Of a stretch of DNA of 64,000 nucleotides, positions 43,020-56,609 are shown piece after piece. The stretch spans positions 33,604,001-33,668,000 of the forward strand of contig OX597832.1 of assembly GCA_951406725.2 (NCBI GenBank), given 5' to 3'. The notes beneath the pieces are model-generated. The model was not told the DNA's origin. It ran no database searches and saw only the letters and a program-made list of their open reading frames with translations. This stretch comes from Octopus vulgaris. Lineage: Eukaryota. The translations under genes were made by a program, and so were the position numbers. Position 1 is the stretch's first letter. Each line of letters starts with the position of its first letter.

Positions 43020-43743
43020 TGTCCGTTGGAAGGCAAATGTCTTGGAAAAGGTATTGTTTATGGGCCAAAGTGCAAATGGCTCGCAAGAATATGAAACATA
43101 TACAGGGTCTTCAGAGAATTCATTCAAGACTCGATTCTTCTTTCCGATATCCCGAGAACAAGACAGCGACTAGTCTTGCAAAGTACGTCTGGGAATTGAA
43201 AGAGAATGACACACATCCTTTCAATGAAACCTGGAAAATTCTAGATAAAGCTTCAGCATACAGACATGGAGCTTATAACATACCTATGTAATGTCATATT
43301 TGCCTCTCTGAAAAGTTCTTCATCCTGTTCCAGGGTATAAATACTTTGAACCAGAGTCGAGAGCTCTTAAATTCCTGCAGAAACGCCACAAAATTTAAAA
43401 TGTCAACCGACAAAATACCGTATGGTTAAAATGTTTTGACTTTCGAAATATATTTCTTGACTGTCACATTTGAATTTGATTTTACACGGTAGAGTTATTT
43501 TGCATCGCAACGCCAATATATATTGCGACTTCAGTTTTAAGAAAGCCTTCGACTGTTTTATAAATTTAATTTAAAGTTTATTTTTATTATTTATATTTTT
43601 ATTTTTACTTTCACGGGAACGTGAAATGCTGTGTAATAGTTTCTGTGATATTTTTACTGCCTTATAATGCAGCATGTTACTCTACCTCTGGTATTCGAGT
43701 ACTATCTTTTCCACCTTGTTTCGCATTTATGTGCTTACTCTGG

Positions 43744-43745
<2 letters not shown>
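43020..43745 (+). mobile_element. Penelope-like element GIY-YIG endonuclease (decayed) and 3' UTR
   Basis: CPLEGKCLGKGIVY/...ETYTGSSENSFKTR/SSFRYPENKTATSLAKYVWELKE...WKIL...*CHICLSEKFFIL...LNQSRELLNSCR. Confidence 0.85.
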
Positions 43746-43821
<76 letters not shown>

Positions 43822-43835
43822 TATATATATATATA

Positions 43836-44010
43836 TATATTGGCAGGGCTGGCCTGCTAGGTAGCCGGCCAGAATGCTAGAAAAAGATCATCAACGATCA
43901 AACTACAAGGGAATTCTCTTCCTCTAGAGAATTTCCCTTGTAGTTTGATCGTTGATGATCTTTTTCTAGCATTCTGGCCGGCTACCTAGCAGGCCAGCCC
44001 TGCCAATATA
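43836..44010. repeat. Near-perfect inverted repeat (84/85-bp arms, 6-nt loop)
   Basis: 43836-43919 pairs with 43926-44010 with a single 1-nt bulge. Confidence 0.98.
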
Positions 44011-44117
44011 CACATATATTTGAATTTTCTCTGACTCCTCAGATATTTTGAATGCTGGACTACTGGTTTTAAATTGATATTAAAATTAATATTAATTTAT
44101 CTCCCTCAATTTTTAAA

Positions 44118-44167
<50 letters not shown>

Positions 44168-44174
<7 letters not shown>

Positions 44175-44295
44175 GTCTGAGGAGTCTCACTCTCTTTTAG
44201 TGCCTTATTATTCAACACACGCACCGGTTCAGCTTCCACTCATTTTTTCTAAAATTTTCTTGGCGGCTTGCAACATTTAAATAGTCGTTGACTGT
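44168..44295 (-). mobile_element. Dispersed repeat family D
   Basis: Reverse complement of 14852-14985, more diverged. Confidence 0.8.
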
Positions 44296-44511
44296 TCGTT
44301 CTCTTTTGTTTGTTTGTGCGCATGTGTGGGTCAGTGTGCGTGTGTGTGTACATCTCTCTCTTTGTGTGTGCATATTTGAGTGTGTCTGTGTATGGGTTCA
44401 CACCATAGACATACCCATACTCAGACATGCACACACAAGGAGATAGAGGTACACACATACAACCACATGAACATGCAGAATACATACAGACGAACGTACA
44501 CACACGAACGT

Positions 44512-44562
<51 letters not shown>

Positions 44563-45093
44563 TAAACACACACATATACATGCATACATACATATGTGTA
44601 TGCGCACGGACACTGACCCTTATAGATACCAGGCTTAAACGAAAAGGCATTGTGATTTATTTTTTCGGCTAAAATTCTTAAATGTGGTGCACTAGCATGG
44701 CCGCAGAAGATGGAATATACGAGAGGTTATTATTGATCACGACAATTGATTCGACACATCTAGCACCGATCCCTCATGGGTCGGACACTCAACAACTGTT
44801 CCAGGAGCATCCGGCGATGCAGATGTATCTCGTCGGGAGATAAATAAATGCAACTCATTAAAATAACAGTTTTGCAATGCAAAAGAGAAACGAACACACA
44901 ATCCAGCGAGAATAGTATTAAAAATAACCGTTAACAATATAAACTGCTAGGTGCCATATAAAACTATAAAGGATAAAGTTTATCGGCACTAATCGTGACT
45001 GAGCGTGCCGAAGGAACTATATTCCCAAAAATTAGAGTTAGATACTTTTAATACTGTATATAATAAAACTCATATATATGTATATATGTTTGT

Positions 45094-45149
<56 letters not shown>

Positions 45150-45984
45150 GTGTGTGTCCGCATACAACTCCAGAAACAAAGAAGCATTCACGTAATCAGA
45201 TGCTCGGACTGACATCGAAACTATACTGGATCGACATGAACGTCGGTCAGACAGAGATGTACACTCCACAAACAACAAATATCCTTCCCCACAATATCAC
45301 CAAACTTATCGCAGTCAACACATAGACGAATGTGCAGAACGATTACCACCCCAATGCGTAATTTTTTCCTTTTACCAACTTGTTTTCTCGACGTTAACAC
45401 AAGTACGACTAAATATAGAAGCCTAATTTATCCAAAAGTGTAAACCAGAATTAAATATGAACACATTTTAAAAATAAAAGACTAACCCCGTCTATTGTAA
45501 GATATAAGCCAGAATGAAATAGAAACACAAGATAAAAATTGCAAATTTGCCCCCAGACGCTTTACTATGAAATAAATAAGTGAAGAATTATTTCCCCTTG
45601 TAATTATGTTGAAAGAACAAAATCTTTTGTACAAAATTGTATAATGTCGTTTTTATTATGACCCTAATATACTTCTTAATCCTATAAAGCAAATCTTCTG
45701 TGTTTTTTCAACTTTTCTTTTTCTGTACATCTCCACTAGAGTGGACGCAAGCTCTAATATATGATTTATAAAAACATGTGACTTATTAATAAATATCTGT
45801 AAATATAAAACCATCCAGGTTTCTGAGTACCTTATTTCTTCTAATATATATATATTTATATATGCGTGTGTGTAAGAAAGAGAGAGAGAGAGAGATAGAC
45901 AGACAGACAGACAGACAGAGACAGACAGACGGATAGACAGACAGGCAGACAGACAAACAGAGAGAGCGAGAGAGAGTGTGTGTG

Positions 45985-46150
45985 TATCCACCGCTTCTTA
46001 GCAACCGGTTTTGGTGCGCTTACATTCCTGTAACTTAGCAGTTCAGCCAAAGATCGATCGATAAGATAATTTCTTGTGTTAATTCTTTCGTTAAATATTG
46101 TTTAAGGTGGAGCTCCAGCGTGGCCACAGTCAAATGAGTGAAACAGATAA
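45985..46150 (+). mobile_element. SINE family A 3' half
   Basis: gtaacttagcagttcagc...aaggtggagctccagcgtggccacagtcaaatgagtgaaac. Confidence 0.75.
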
Positions 46151-47092
46151 TAGATAAACATATCAAGTATATGATTAAGATAGTTATACGTAGGAGAGCC
46201 ACAATTCGAAGCGATATATCTATGAAACATTGGAACATATCAGTTTTAAATGCCAAATGTGTTGCATCAACATATACGAAGTCAGTGACACAAAAATACA
46301 TACATTCATATAATATACTATAATATGATTTCATATAATATAACAAGATATATATATATACATTTATGATGTATATATGTATCTGTATATAAGTCTGAAT
46401 GTATGTTTGTGTATACGCAGTCATGCGTAGTCTTGTACACAAATAGAAATTCACATGCAGATACATTCCTAATATATAATACACACACGCACATATACAC
46501 ACACATATATTATTCATATATATATATATATGTGTGTGTGTGTGTATGTATGTAATATATATATATATATGCATATAGTTTTCATATATATTATATTATC
46601 ATATATCATCTATGTGTATCTATATAAAATCATACATTGTATTATTAAATATTTATATATATATATGTGTGTGTGTGTGCGTGTGTGTGTGTGTGTGTGT
46701 TTGTGTGTGCGTGTGTGTGTGTACTTACACTTATTCTCCCGCACCCAAGCGCACATCATTGCAATACAATACAAATATGTATGACTGGAAAATATATGCT
46801 TCCAGATATATTTGTTTCTTTATCAGTTAATATTGTTAAGAGTACGTTGTTGCATTTCACTGAACCACATTCATTATGTACACTAGAAGAATCATACCTC
46901 ATTTATTTTATGAAATAATTATATTTTAGCCTCGCTCGATCTATCAAGCCACCCTATAGAGACAAGATTTCATAAAATTTAATAAACTTCAATTAGTTGA
47001 GAATTTGATAGTCTTTCCAAGGCGCGTGACATTTTTTTAGTTTTTTGTAATATTGTCTATATAAGTCTGGATATATCTATGATATATGTACA

Positions 47093-47129
<37 letters not shown>

Positions 47130-47214
47130 CTAAGCACACACACATCTATATGTGTGTGTGTGTGCATATCTGTCTAACAATCTTGCTGCCTAGCTATCTA
47201 TGTGTATTATCTAT

Positions 47215-47287
<73 letters not shown>

Positions 47288-47300
47288 TATACAGATATAC

Positions 47301-47415
<115 letters not shown>

Positions 47416-47593
47416 TACATGTGTGTGTATATATATGTATCTCTTGACATACATACGCATTATTCCGGATGAAATAGTCTACGCTTTTGGCTCGACGAGT
47501 GCAAGGTGCTTGCAGAAATACATTTGTGTTCCGATTTGCCAAATATACAAGTGAAATTCTGTTATATATGCCTGGAAAAATTTCATCAGTAAA

Positions 47594-47766
<173 letters not shown>

Positions 47767-48188
47767 TAGTGGGAACTTTACATATCATATGAAGCTATAT
47801 AATCGCTGAACCATGTTCTCTGTGCACTCTTGTAGATTTTCTTTCTGGCTGGAAAATGTAATCCTGATCTATTTTGTGAATTAATTATATTATTGTTTTA
47901 GGTTTGGATTCGATTATATTTCATGCGTTATTCTGTAGCAACAAGTCTACATAAAATTTAAAGATTTTGTTTTTGCTTTGGCTGTACGAGGTCAGGCAGT
48001 TTGTAAGTGATTCCTCTTCATTGGCTCTATTGCAATTGTAATGTATAAACACATATACGTGTATGTGTGTGCATGGGTGTATGGGTGGGTGTGTACGTGT
48101 ATATATATCCATATATATACAAAACGTGTATGTGTGTGCGTGGGTGTGTGGGTATTTGTATATATATGTATATATATATATATATATA

Positions 48189-48373
48189 GGGAGAGTTTAT
48201 GAAAAAACAAAAGACGAAGACGGTGGTATACAAAACAAACAGATGTATTAGTATAACGGTGAGGAATAGAAAAGTCTTTTACGTTTCGAGCCTACGCTCT
48301 TCTAGAGAAAGGGACACAGAAAAAACAAGGAGAGAGAGAAAGAAAGAGAGAAAAAATTGTGTGTAGTGGCTAA
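48189..48373 (-). mobile_element. Short PLE-type terminal fragment with hammerhead-like motif
   Basis: Minus strand cttt-ctctagaa-GAGC gtag GCTC-GAA-ACGT-A-aaag. Confidence 0.45.
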
Positions 48374-48721
48374 AACACACACACATATATAGTCAACATG
48401 TATGATCCAGATACGCTCAGTACAAGAAAAACGTAGTAAAACACAAATGATTTAATCTCTATCATGGACAAAATCAGCGGGTTATTGAGTCGCTATAAGA
48501 GGAATCCAAGTAAGCTTATATGGAAATAGTGATGCAGATAAACGCACTTAGGTTTAGCTAATAGAAAGTATACATATATACAAACATACATATACACATG
48601 TAAATCTAAAAATATTCACATGGACACTCGTCTAAAAGCTTATAGATATTTATGTATTTGCGGAAGGTATTTAAATGGAGTACAAAAAGGATACAGATAT
48701 TCAATGGAAAGGGCCTGCTCT

Positions 48722-48872
48722 TTCAAGTCAGACAGCTGTTTCCGATGGCTCGAAATTCTGTAATAGTCATAATGTAACAGATTTGAGTGGGGTGCAAAAG
48801 GCCAAAATATGGAACTATTAGAGGATGCATATATGTGTTACCGTAAACCGGGTGTCCGTCTTCAGGCTGGAA
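48722..48872 (-). ncRNA. Type I hammerhead core with about 116-nt stem II region
   Basis: CTGAAGA-cgg[...]tcg-GAA-ACAGCTGT-C; palindromic stem III; stem I imperfect. Sister copy at 10084-10201. Confidence 0.6.
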
Positions 48873-49097
48873 GGATCCGAAACTAGGGAAATTCAAATCG
48901 CATGTTCTCAAATCTTATTTTTCTGCTTTTTTGTACTCCAGGTAAGTGAGTTAGGTAAATATATAAATACCGATATTCTTATACACAAGCGTTCATCTAC
49001 TGAATATTTTCACTTCTTGTCTCTCACTATATATATACATATTTTTATATGAAACCCAAACGGTTTCATCTGCATTACATACACCCACACCCACACC

Positions 49098-49149
<52 letters not shown>

Positions 49150-49215
49150 TACACATACATACATGCATACATACATATATATATATATGTATATATACAT
49201 ACATATATATATATC

Positions 49216-49271
<56 letters not shown>

Positions 49272-51581
49272 AATTAGATTCGTAGCGTATATATGGTCTA
49301 TGTCATGTAGAAGTCGCTCATTCTTTTGGCCCGACGAGGCACCTCTTCAAATGCAGCTGATATTCAAAATTTCAGTTCTCACGTTATCATTCATACATGT
49401 GCGTTTCTGTGTGTGTGTTTGAATGTGTCTGTGCTTGTGTGTCTATGTATGTGTATGAGACTGTGTTTTTATGTATGCAACCAAAGTATTGTTATGACTG
49501 GAATTCCCTTCGTCTTAGAAGTTCTCAGTCAGATTAATCAACAACAATAAATGCAACGTGAGGAAGTGCAACACGTAAGTCCGTATGTCTGCACTTGGAA
49601 AATGGCTGGACATGGATTAGCATGAATGTTTAATAACATAATCACGATATTATTATTTTGAAAAATGATATCTACGTTACATTTGAGTTAGTTATCCGTT
49701 CGAATGTCATCGGAGATTTTGTTTCTGAATACATATAACACTGAAATGCAATTCCTTTTGATGCATGGAATATGTCACGATTGTGTTACTATGGAGCTGT
49801 TGCTTGTTTTGAGCTCTATGATGCCCGTAGAGAACCGCTACTTTTTCTGTCTTTCTTATACCAAAATGAAAGAGTATTTGAAATGCTGGATTAATTACTC
49901 ACGCCAATTAACCACGAGAATTATACCCCCCCCTCCATTACTCTATAAATTTCTATAATATTCGCTCCTATATTCAACTAAACACGAGATAAATTACCAC
50001 CAGCATTTAAGCGTGGAATTATTAACAAGTAACTTCGATTTTAATACGAGATCATTCTATTAAAACCTAAATTAATTACCATAATATTCACTGTTACCGT
50101 CAACTGAACACGAATTTAATCACTGCTAACTTTTACTAAACACGATATTATTCTCTACTAACCTCAATTAGATTTGATATTATTCATTCTTCACGACAAT
50201 TAAACTTGTCACTTTATTATTCACATTAAAACTTGTGTTGTTTACAATTTGCATGAATTAAACTAACATCATTCACTACCCTCCCGAGCAAAACATTCGA
50301 CACTTGACCTGAATTTGATGGAGAGAAAGAACTAATAACGTACAACACAAAATTTGATGACTATAGAGCAAATGTGTGCAGGTCGCTTGCAGAACTGTCT
50401 TCCTCGGACTACGAGAGAGAGATTACTATCATTCGCTGCCCATCTGACACACACAAGATTCCTCTTTCTACCAATAAACTTTAGACTATTCACTCTTCGC
50501 GTTGATTGAACTAGCCTCACTATTCTCTCTTCCCCTCATTCTTAACTATCAGATTCTTTACTCCATCTCGCATCATAATCAGATTCCACGCACGTTACCA
50601 ATCTATCAAATTAACAAACTCTAGTACGAAATCTGCATAACAATAATGTTTACCTTTCGCGATGTTGTCTATTGTTTTCCCAGAACAATATTCTCCGATT
50701 AATATAAGCTACAATCTTTCATATTTCATAAGGTCAAGTTGCGTCTTGGGCATAACGCTAGTTGCGCGCCTGCCTTCCTGTTTAAGTCCCAAATCTGGTT
50801 TGCGTCTCACTGCCTGCAACAAAGTTATTGTGTTATTTAATACCTAAATGAATCAGTTCACATCATCTTATAAGACTACAATAACTTGGAACATCTCAAT
50901 ATAATCCAGAATTAAGATTGCTGTATAACCGCCATCTTATCATTCTATTCTGAAGGTTATTACATATGTCAAGCTAATTATAAAAAAGTGCTATGAAATG
51001 TTTTATTGACCAAACTATGACCAGATTCTGCAGATATTTAGATTTACGTTATCAATTGATTCTCTTCGATGATATTAAGAGCTGCATTCGTAGCGTCGTC
51101 AGACTCAAAAGCGTTGAAGATACACCCGACTATGGCAAGACAATCTGTAAAACAAATATTTGTTTCTGTTGGATAATTTAAATATCGGGGAGCTATGTAG
51201 GCTTTCGTTCAAGAAAAACACTTAAATGCACGTACTCTCAAGTATATTTGGGGTTTCTGATATTTATTTTATATATTTACAAATTTCAGTCCATTATTAA
51301 GTATCGTATTTCTTAGGGGCTTCGTAAACAAAATTATACGAGATGTTTGCATAGGTTTTGTCTCTCTTTAACAGAGTATTGAGAATGTTTTTTTCGATGT
51401 TGAATTGTTACTCCAGTTGGTTGCAGATGCACGGTTAGCCTTCGGCTACATTTAGAGCTGGTTTGTTACTTATGTGTCGTTACCTTTGTTGAAATCTAAT
51501 ATATTCATATTTATATTCTTACATGCACATATATACACACATAAATGCATATATATACACACATGCACACACACGTATATA

Positions 51582-51650
<69 letters not shown>

Positions 51651-51735
51651 AAAAAAGACAGACAGAGACAAAGAGAGAAATACAAACATATATATATATA
51701 TACTAATATATATACATATATATAATATATATACT

Positions 51736-51767
<32 letters not shown>

Positions 51768-52366
51768 CAAACATATATACATATATATGTAAATATATAT
51801 ATATTCTCATACATACATAAATATACACTTATATATACATTCATATATATGCGTATATATATAAGTATGCATGCAAGTGTATATACACTAGTCACGCCAT
51901 TTTCTTCCTTTTTTGTCATGTTCCACGTTTGTATTACTGCAATACTACAGTTATATTTGATATTTGTTTTTACTGTTATCATAATAGTTTTCAGAGAAAA
52001 AATATCGTTGATAAATATCGTTTGCACATTCAAAATGTCTGTAATAACAAAACTTGTGATGATTTGGATCATATCTATATATGAGTGAGAACTGCCTCTA
52101 GCATTTCTTCATGTAAGTAAAGCATCTGTAAGAAAGTTTGTATAGCGCTATTTTTATAGAATCTAATGAAGGAAACCTTATGAATATATTTCCTTCTCTA
52201 GTGTTTTGCATAATGCATTATGTTCGAAAACTTTCCTGAGGGTGAACACACGCGTTTTACTTCTTCTCAGCATCAGGTAGAGTTTGTAACTTTTATTCGG
52301 TTTTAGGTTTTGGAAAGTCAGCAGCTGGAATATGTATTGGTGTATCTTCTGACAACATCGAAGTAT

Positions 52367-52407
<41 letters not shown>

Positions 52408-52408
<1 letters not shown>

Positions 52409-52830
52409 ACTCGTTCATCCATCCATCTTTTCTGCCCACTATTCATGGGAGAGTCGTATGGGTGGAAACCTATCTTCGATGGCGCCGGCTTGAATCCAAA
52501 ATGAAACCATATGAAACTATCGATCTTAAACCGTCTCGTTCTTGGCCTACCATTAGTTCTCATTCATACCGTTTTTGCTGGCTAGAATAAAGGAATCCCT
52601 CTTACTCTTCATTCCTGCATCATTCGAATCACATATCAATTATACCGGAACTACCGCCTCTCAATGCAGGCAAGTGCAGGCTCGCCCTGTTACGATTCCC
52701 TGGTCTCCAAGCTATGTCTACTGTTGAGTAACGTTACTGCAGTAAGCCTTCGGAAGAACTTTATTTCTGTTGCTTGTGTCTGCCATCCTAACTTTTCGGA
52801 CATGATAGAAAACCTAATGCAATTAAACAT
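52408..52830 (-). mobile_element. RTE-clade (Expander/Rex3-like) LINE 3' end, decayed
   Basis: QATEIKFFRRLTAVTLLNSRHSLETRES*QGEPALACIERR*FRYN*YVIRM...GRPRTR, followed by a (GGAT)n-type tail. Confidence 0.8.
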
Positions 52831-52879
52831 GTATATATCCTTGTGAAATTCCTGGTATGGGAGTTTTTATTCACTTAAA

Positions 52880-53412
52880 ATGATTCTGTTCCACGCTGTG
52901 CAGCAACACTTAAAAATGAGTAAAGGAACGGCAGAGAATATAACTTATCAGAACGGTAAGACTGAGGAGCCAACTATGGAAGGGATAGAGTGAGCGATGG
53001 AACTGCAACACGAAGACGAAACAGAGCGAGAAAATTTAGAGTTGTTTAAGCTCAAAGATAAAGAAGAACAGATGGAAGAGACGTATTTGAAAAAGTCACC
53101 AACTTTAGAAGAAACGGAAAAAAGTAGTGGAATGGCAGAGAATATAACACGCCAGGACAGTAACACTGAGAAAATAAATATAGAAGACATATTGAGAGCG
53201 ATGGAACAGCAAAGCGAACAAGAAATATGGCAGTTAAAGATAAAGAAGAACAAATGGAAGAGAAGTATTTGCAGTCGGGAGAAATTACAGATACACAAAC
53301 GGATAAAGAGGTGAACGAAGCGGTAGACACGAGAAAAAAAACACAAGAAAAGAAAGAGAACGAGAGGAAAAAGAAATGTAACAATAATAAATGTAGAAAA
53401 AAAAAAACGTAG
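52880..53412 (+). pseudogene. Decayed Glu/Lys-rich reading frame with a 204-bp internal duplication; origin unknown (possibly retroelement ORF1)
   Basis: GTAENITYQ...AMELQ...KDKEEQMEETYL repeats as GMAENITRQ...AMEQQ.../KDKEEQMEEKYL. One TGA and one frameshift. Confidence 0.5.
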
Positions 53413-54099
53413 ACAGTAAGTATAATTACAGGTGTAACGCAACTAATTGTTTAAAAAAAAATGTGAATTGAATTTCAAATGAACTGAGAATTGAACTTGT
53501 GTTATTTGTCTGTGAAATTTAATATAAAAAAAAAAGGAAAAAATGTAACGCTGGTAAAAAAAAGATAAAATAGAAAATGAAAATACAAAGACTAATGTGA
53601 ACAATTAATGATATACTTTACGATAATGATAAGAAGACCATCGCGGTTTCGCCTCACAGTGAGACCCAATGGTATTGAGAATTAATGTGAAAAAAAATTT
53701 CACTATTCGTCTCACAGCGGGAGTAAGTCGAACAGCCTCATTCTCATTATTTATTAATCACTCCATCAATCATACATCATTTGTTTTATGTTCCCGTTTT
53801 GTCTTGTTATGTCCCCTCTATGTAATCAGGCCATTGTACCTATAATAAAGAGAAAAGGTTGGCTCTCTCAAACTACAGCACATAATAAAACCCCTCGAAT
53901 TAGTGTGAATGTTATCATCGTTATGGTTTTGTCATCCTAAATATATTCATTTTATTTCTCTTATATCGCGAAACTTTATTTGTTAACGTGCTTCTAACGG
54001 GCCACTGTTTATCTGTCAGTGCAACAGTTACTCTCTGTAACACACACACAAATATGCATCTATATACATACACACACACACACACACAAACACACACTC

Positions 54100-54144
<45 letters not shown>

Positions 54145-54169
54145 TATCATATATACATATATATGTGTG

Positions 54170-54215
<46 letters not shown>

Positions 54216-54576
54216 CATATGCAGATACACACAGGTATATATACATATGTACATATGTATTTGTAAAAGGTTTCCTAAGATATTAAAAAAAAAATTTTGT
54301 AAGAATAATATCAAAAAGGCAGATTAAAACAGGCCGAACGATAGGAATATTTTGCGCAGGAGCTGCTTGCTTTTGCAGCCCTTTCAAACATGCGTGTAAT
54401 GTATATACGAAGTGATCATAACGACATTAGATTGCCGGTTGTGACCGAAGAAGAACAACAACGACCACGAGGAAAACCGGTGCACTCACACAAAATTAAC
54501 TTTACACACTATATATATACATACATATTTATATATATCTATATATATATAGCGTGTGTGTGTGTGTGTGTATGTG

Positions 54577-54631
<55 letters not shown>

Positions 54632-55365
54632 AGAGAGAAAGAGAGGTAAGAGTCAATTGAATGAGGCACTTAAGCCGAGGCACATCGTTAAATCAGAATA
54701 ATATACACGCAACAATTTTCTGTAAATATCAACCTTGGTACAGATGTACCGGTAGAATGATATTCTTGTAGTGCAGGCCGACAATTTGACCCGGCTGAGT
54801 GTATAATCCACTCTTGAACTTTTTAGGTATTTAGATATTATTGAACGTACAATCCATAACATATTTCTGAATTTGCGAAGGGCATGTTCCGAGATAGGTG
54901 AATGTCAATCGATTACGGCCATTTGAATATTCTTGGTCGAAAAGTTCATATATTCATCTGAAGAAAACAGGTGGATCCTTTCCTTTTGAACGCCACTTTT
55001 CAACACAATTTCTAGTTAACTAAACACTTTTAAACTTCGTATACTGGTAGAATGTGTCAAAATAAAACATTTTTTTTTCTCTTAGCTTTCTTGAGAAAAT
55101 TGTAATTTGTAAGTTTAACGTAGTTAAATATTTCGTGCGTGTGTGTGTGCTTATGTGTTGAATAAAATGAGACAAAGCCAAGTTTTTGTGGAGTTTTCTG
55201 GTAATTTATAAAGATAAAGTTTGGTCTTACGGGTGTTTCTCGGATATTAGTGATATCCCTTCATCTGAGACGATGTGAGACAATTAAACAGAGGGAAATA
55301 GTAGAGTTCAATATCTGGAGTTATTTTGGAAAAGGAGACAAATAAGGGATTTGTATATACATATG

Positions 55366-55417
<52 letters not shown>

Positions 55418-55421
55418 AAAA

Positions 55422-55580
55422 TATTGTGGGTAAGGCCAACACAATTTGAAGTAAATGCAAGGTAACTCACAAGAAGACAAATATGTGAGTTAATGTAAAC
55501 TTACCTTGTATTTAATATTTCGGAGTTATGACCGCATTTTCAAGAAATTGACGGATGTTGCTGATGTTCGTGTGTATGAG
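55422..55580 (-). mobile_element. Dispersed repeat family E
   Basis: Matches 37070-37223. Confidence 0.85.
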
Positions 55581-55718
55581 CGTGTGTCGATTGAACAGGC
55601 GCAGAAGGGTGTTGCTATAGCAACCAGTTACAGGAAGCAAGTTGATTGCCATAACAACATCCTACTGCGCATGTCCACTCCTTTATACAATATATTCTAC
55701 ACAATGCTAAAGAGTATT

Positions 55719-55759
<41 letters not shown>

Positions 55760-56296
55760 TTGAAAAAGCGAATGTTACTCTCATCCAGAGAAAAGGATCT
55801 GAATGCTTGCAATAGAGTAGATTCCGTTAAATGTGCTACAGGTACCCAAGAGCAGATAGTGAAATTCAAGTGGGCGACATACTAAATTTTCGACACAAAC
55901 ATAACTGTCCCTCCGCCGTGTTTCACACTGGTTCTGTTTACAACATTGTTCTTTCAGTTCATTTGTCGACCTAAGACTATGATGGAATACACCTTAAGAA
56001 GATAGGATGAACTGGATCGAAACCAGAATTAATGTTGTTGCAAAGTGTACTTCCATAACCAGGCTACCTAAATATAATTTTTCGTTTGGAATATAGTGCA
56101 AGTGTTTTCGCTGTGGTTCTTCGGGATGTTTTTCTCCTTTCATTTCTTATTCTTTATCTGGCTGAACATTTCTCTACCATTAGAATGATGCAAGTTTTAA
56201 CTGTGTTGCTTCCTGCTACTGAAGTCCTCAATTGCTTTGTATCCTACGGTACTTTCGTTTAATTCCTTTATGCTGCTACACATTTTGATTCTGTAG

Positions 56297-56373
56297 ATGA
56301 TTCCGGTCATCTTCTGCAAGTATTCCGTTATGATTCCGCTCATCTTCTGCAAGTATTCCGTTATGATTCCGCT
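56297..56373. repeat. 33-bp tandem repeat, 2.3 copies
   Basis: atgattccg(g/c)tcatcttctgcaagtattccgtt at 56297 and 56330, partial at 56363. Confidence 0.95.
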
Positions 56374-56609
56374 ATTCTTTCAAATGTGATATTTTTTTAT
56401 GTTCCGCCACCGCTTTTATGTTCTATTTAACGATGCCTCATTTCACACTCAGGATAAGAATACTAATTAAAATAATCTGGGAGAACTACTTCGTATGAAC
56501 AAGTGCCATACCGAAGCAAGGGTTTCAATTGCGACATGCAACCATGTTGGAAGTAAAATCTGACATTTAAAAACCCTTTATTTTCCTTTAACCTCGTACA
56601 GTAGCTTTC

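Noticed and set aside
54975-55135. Possible DNA-transposon terminus
   Set aside because: It looks familiar, but there is no second copy or partner TIR in the window.
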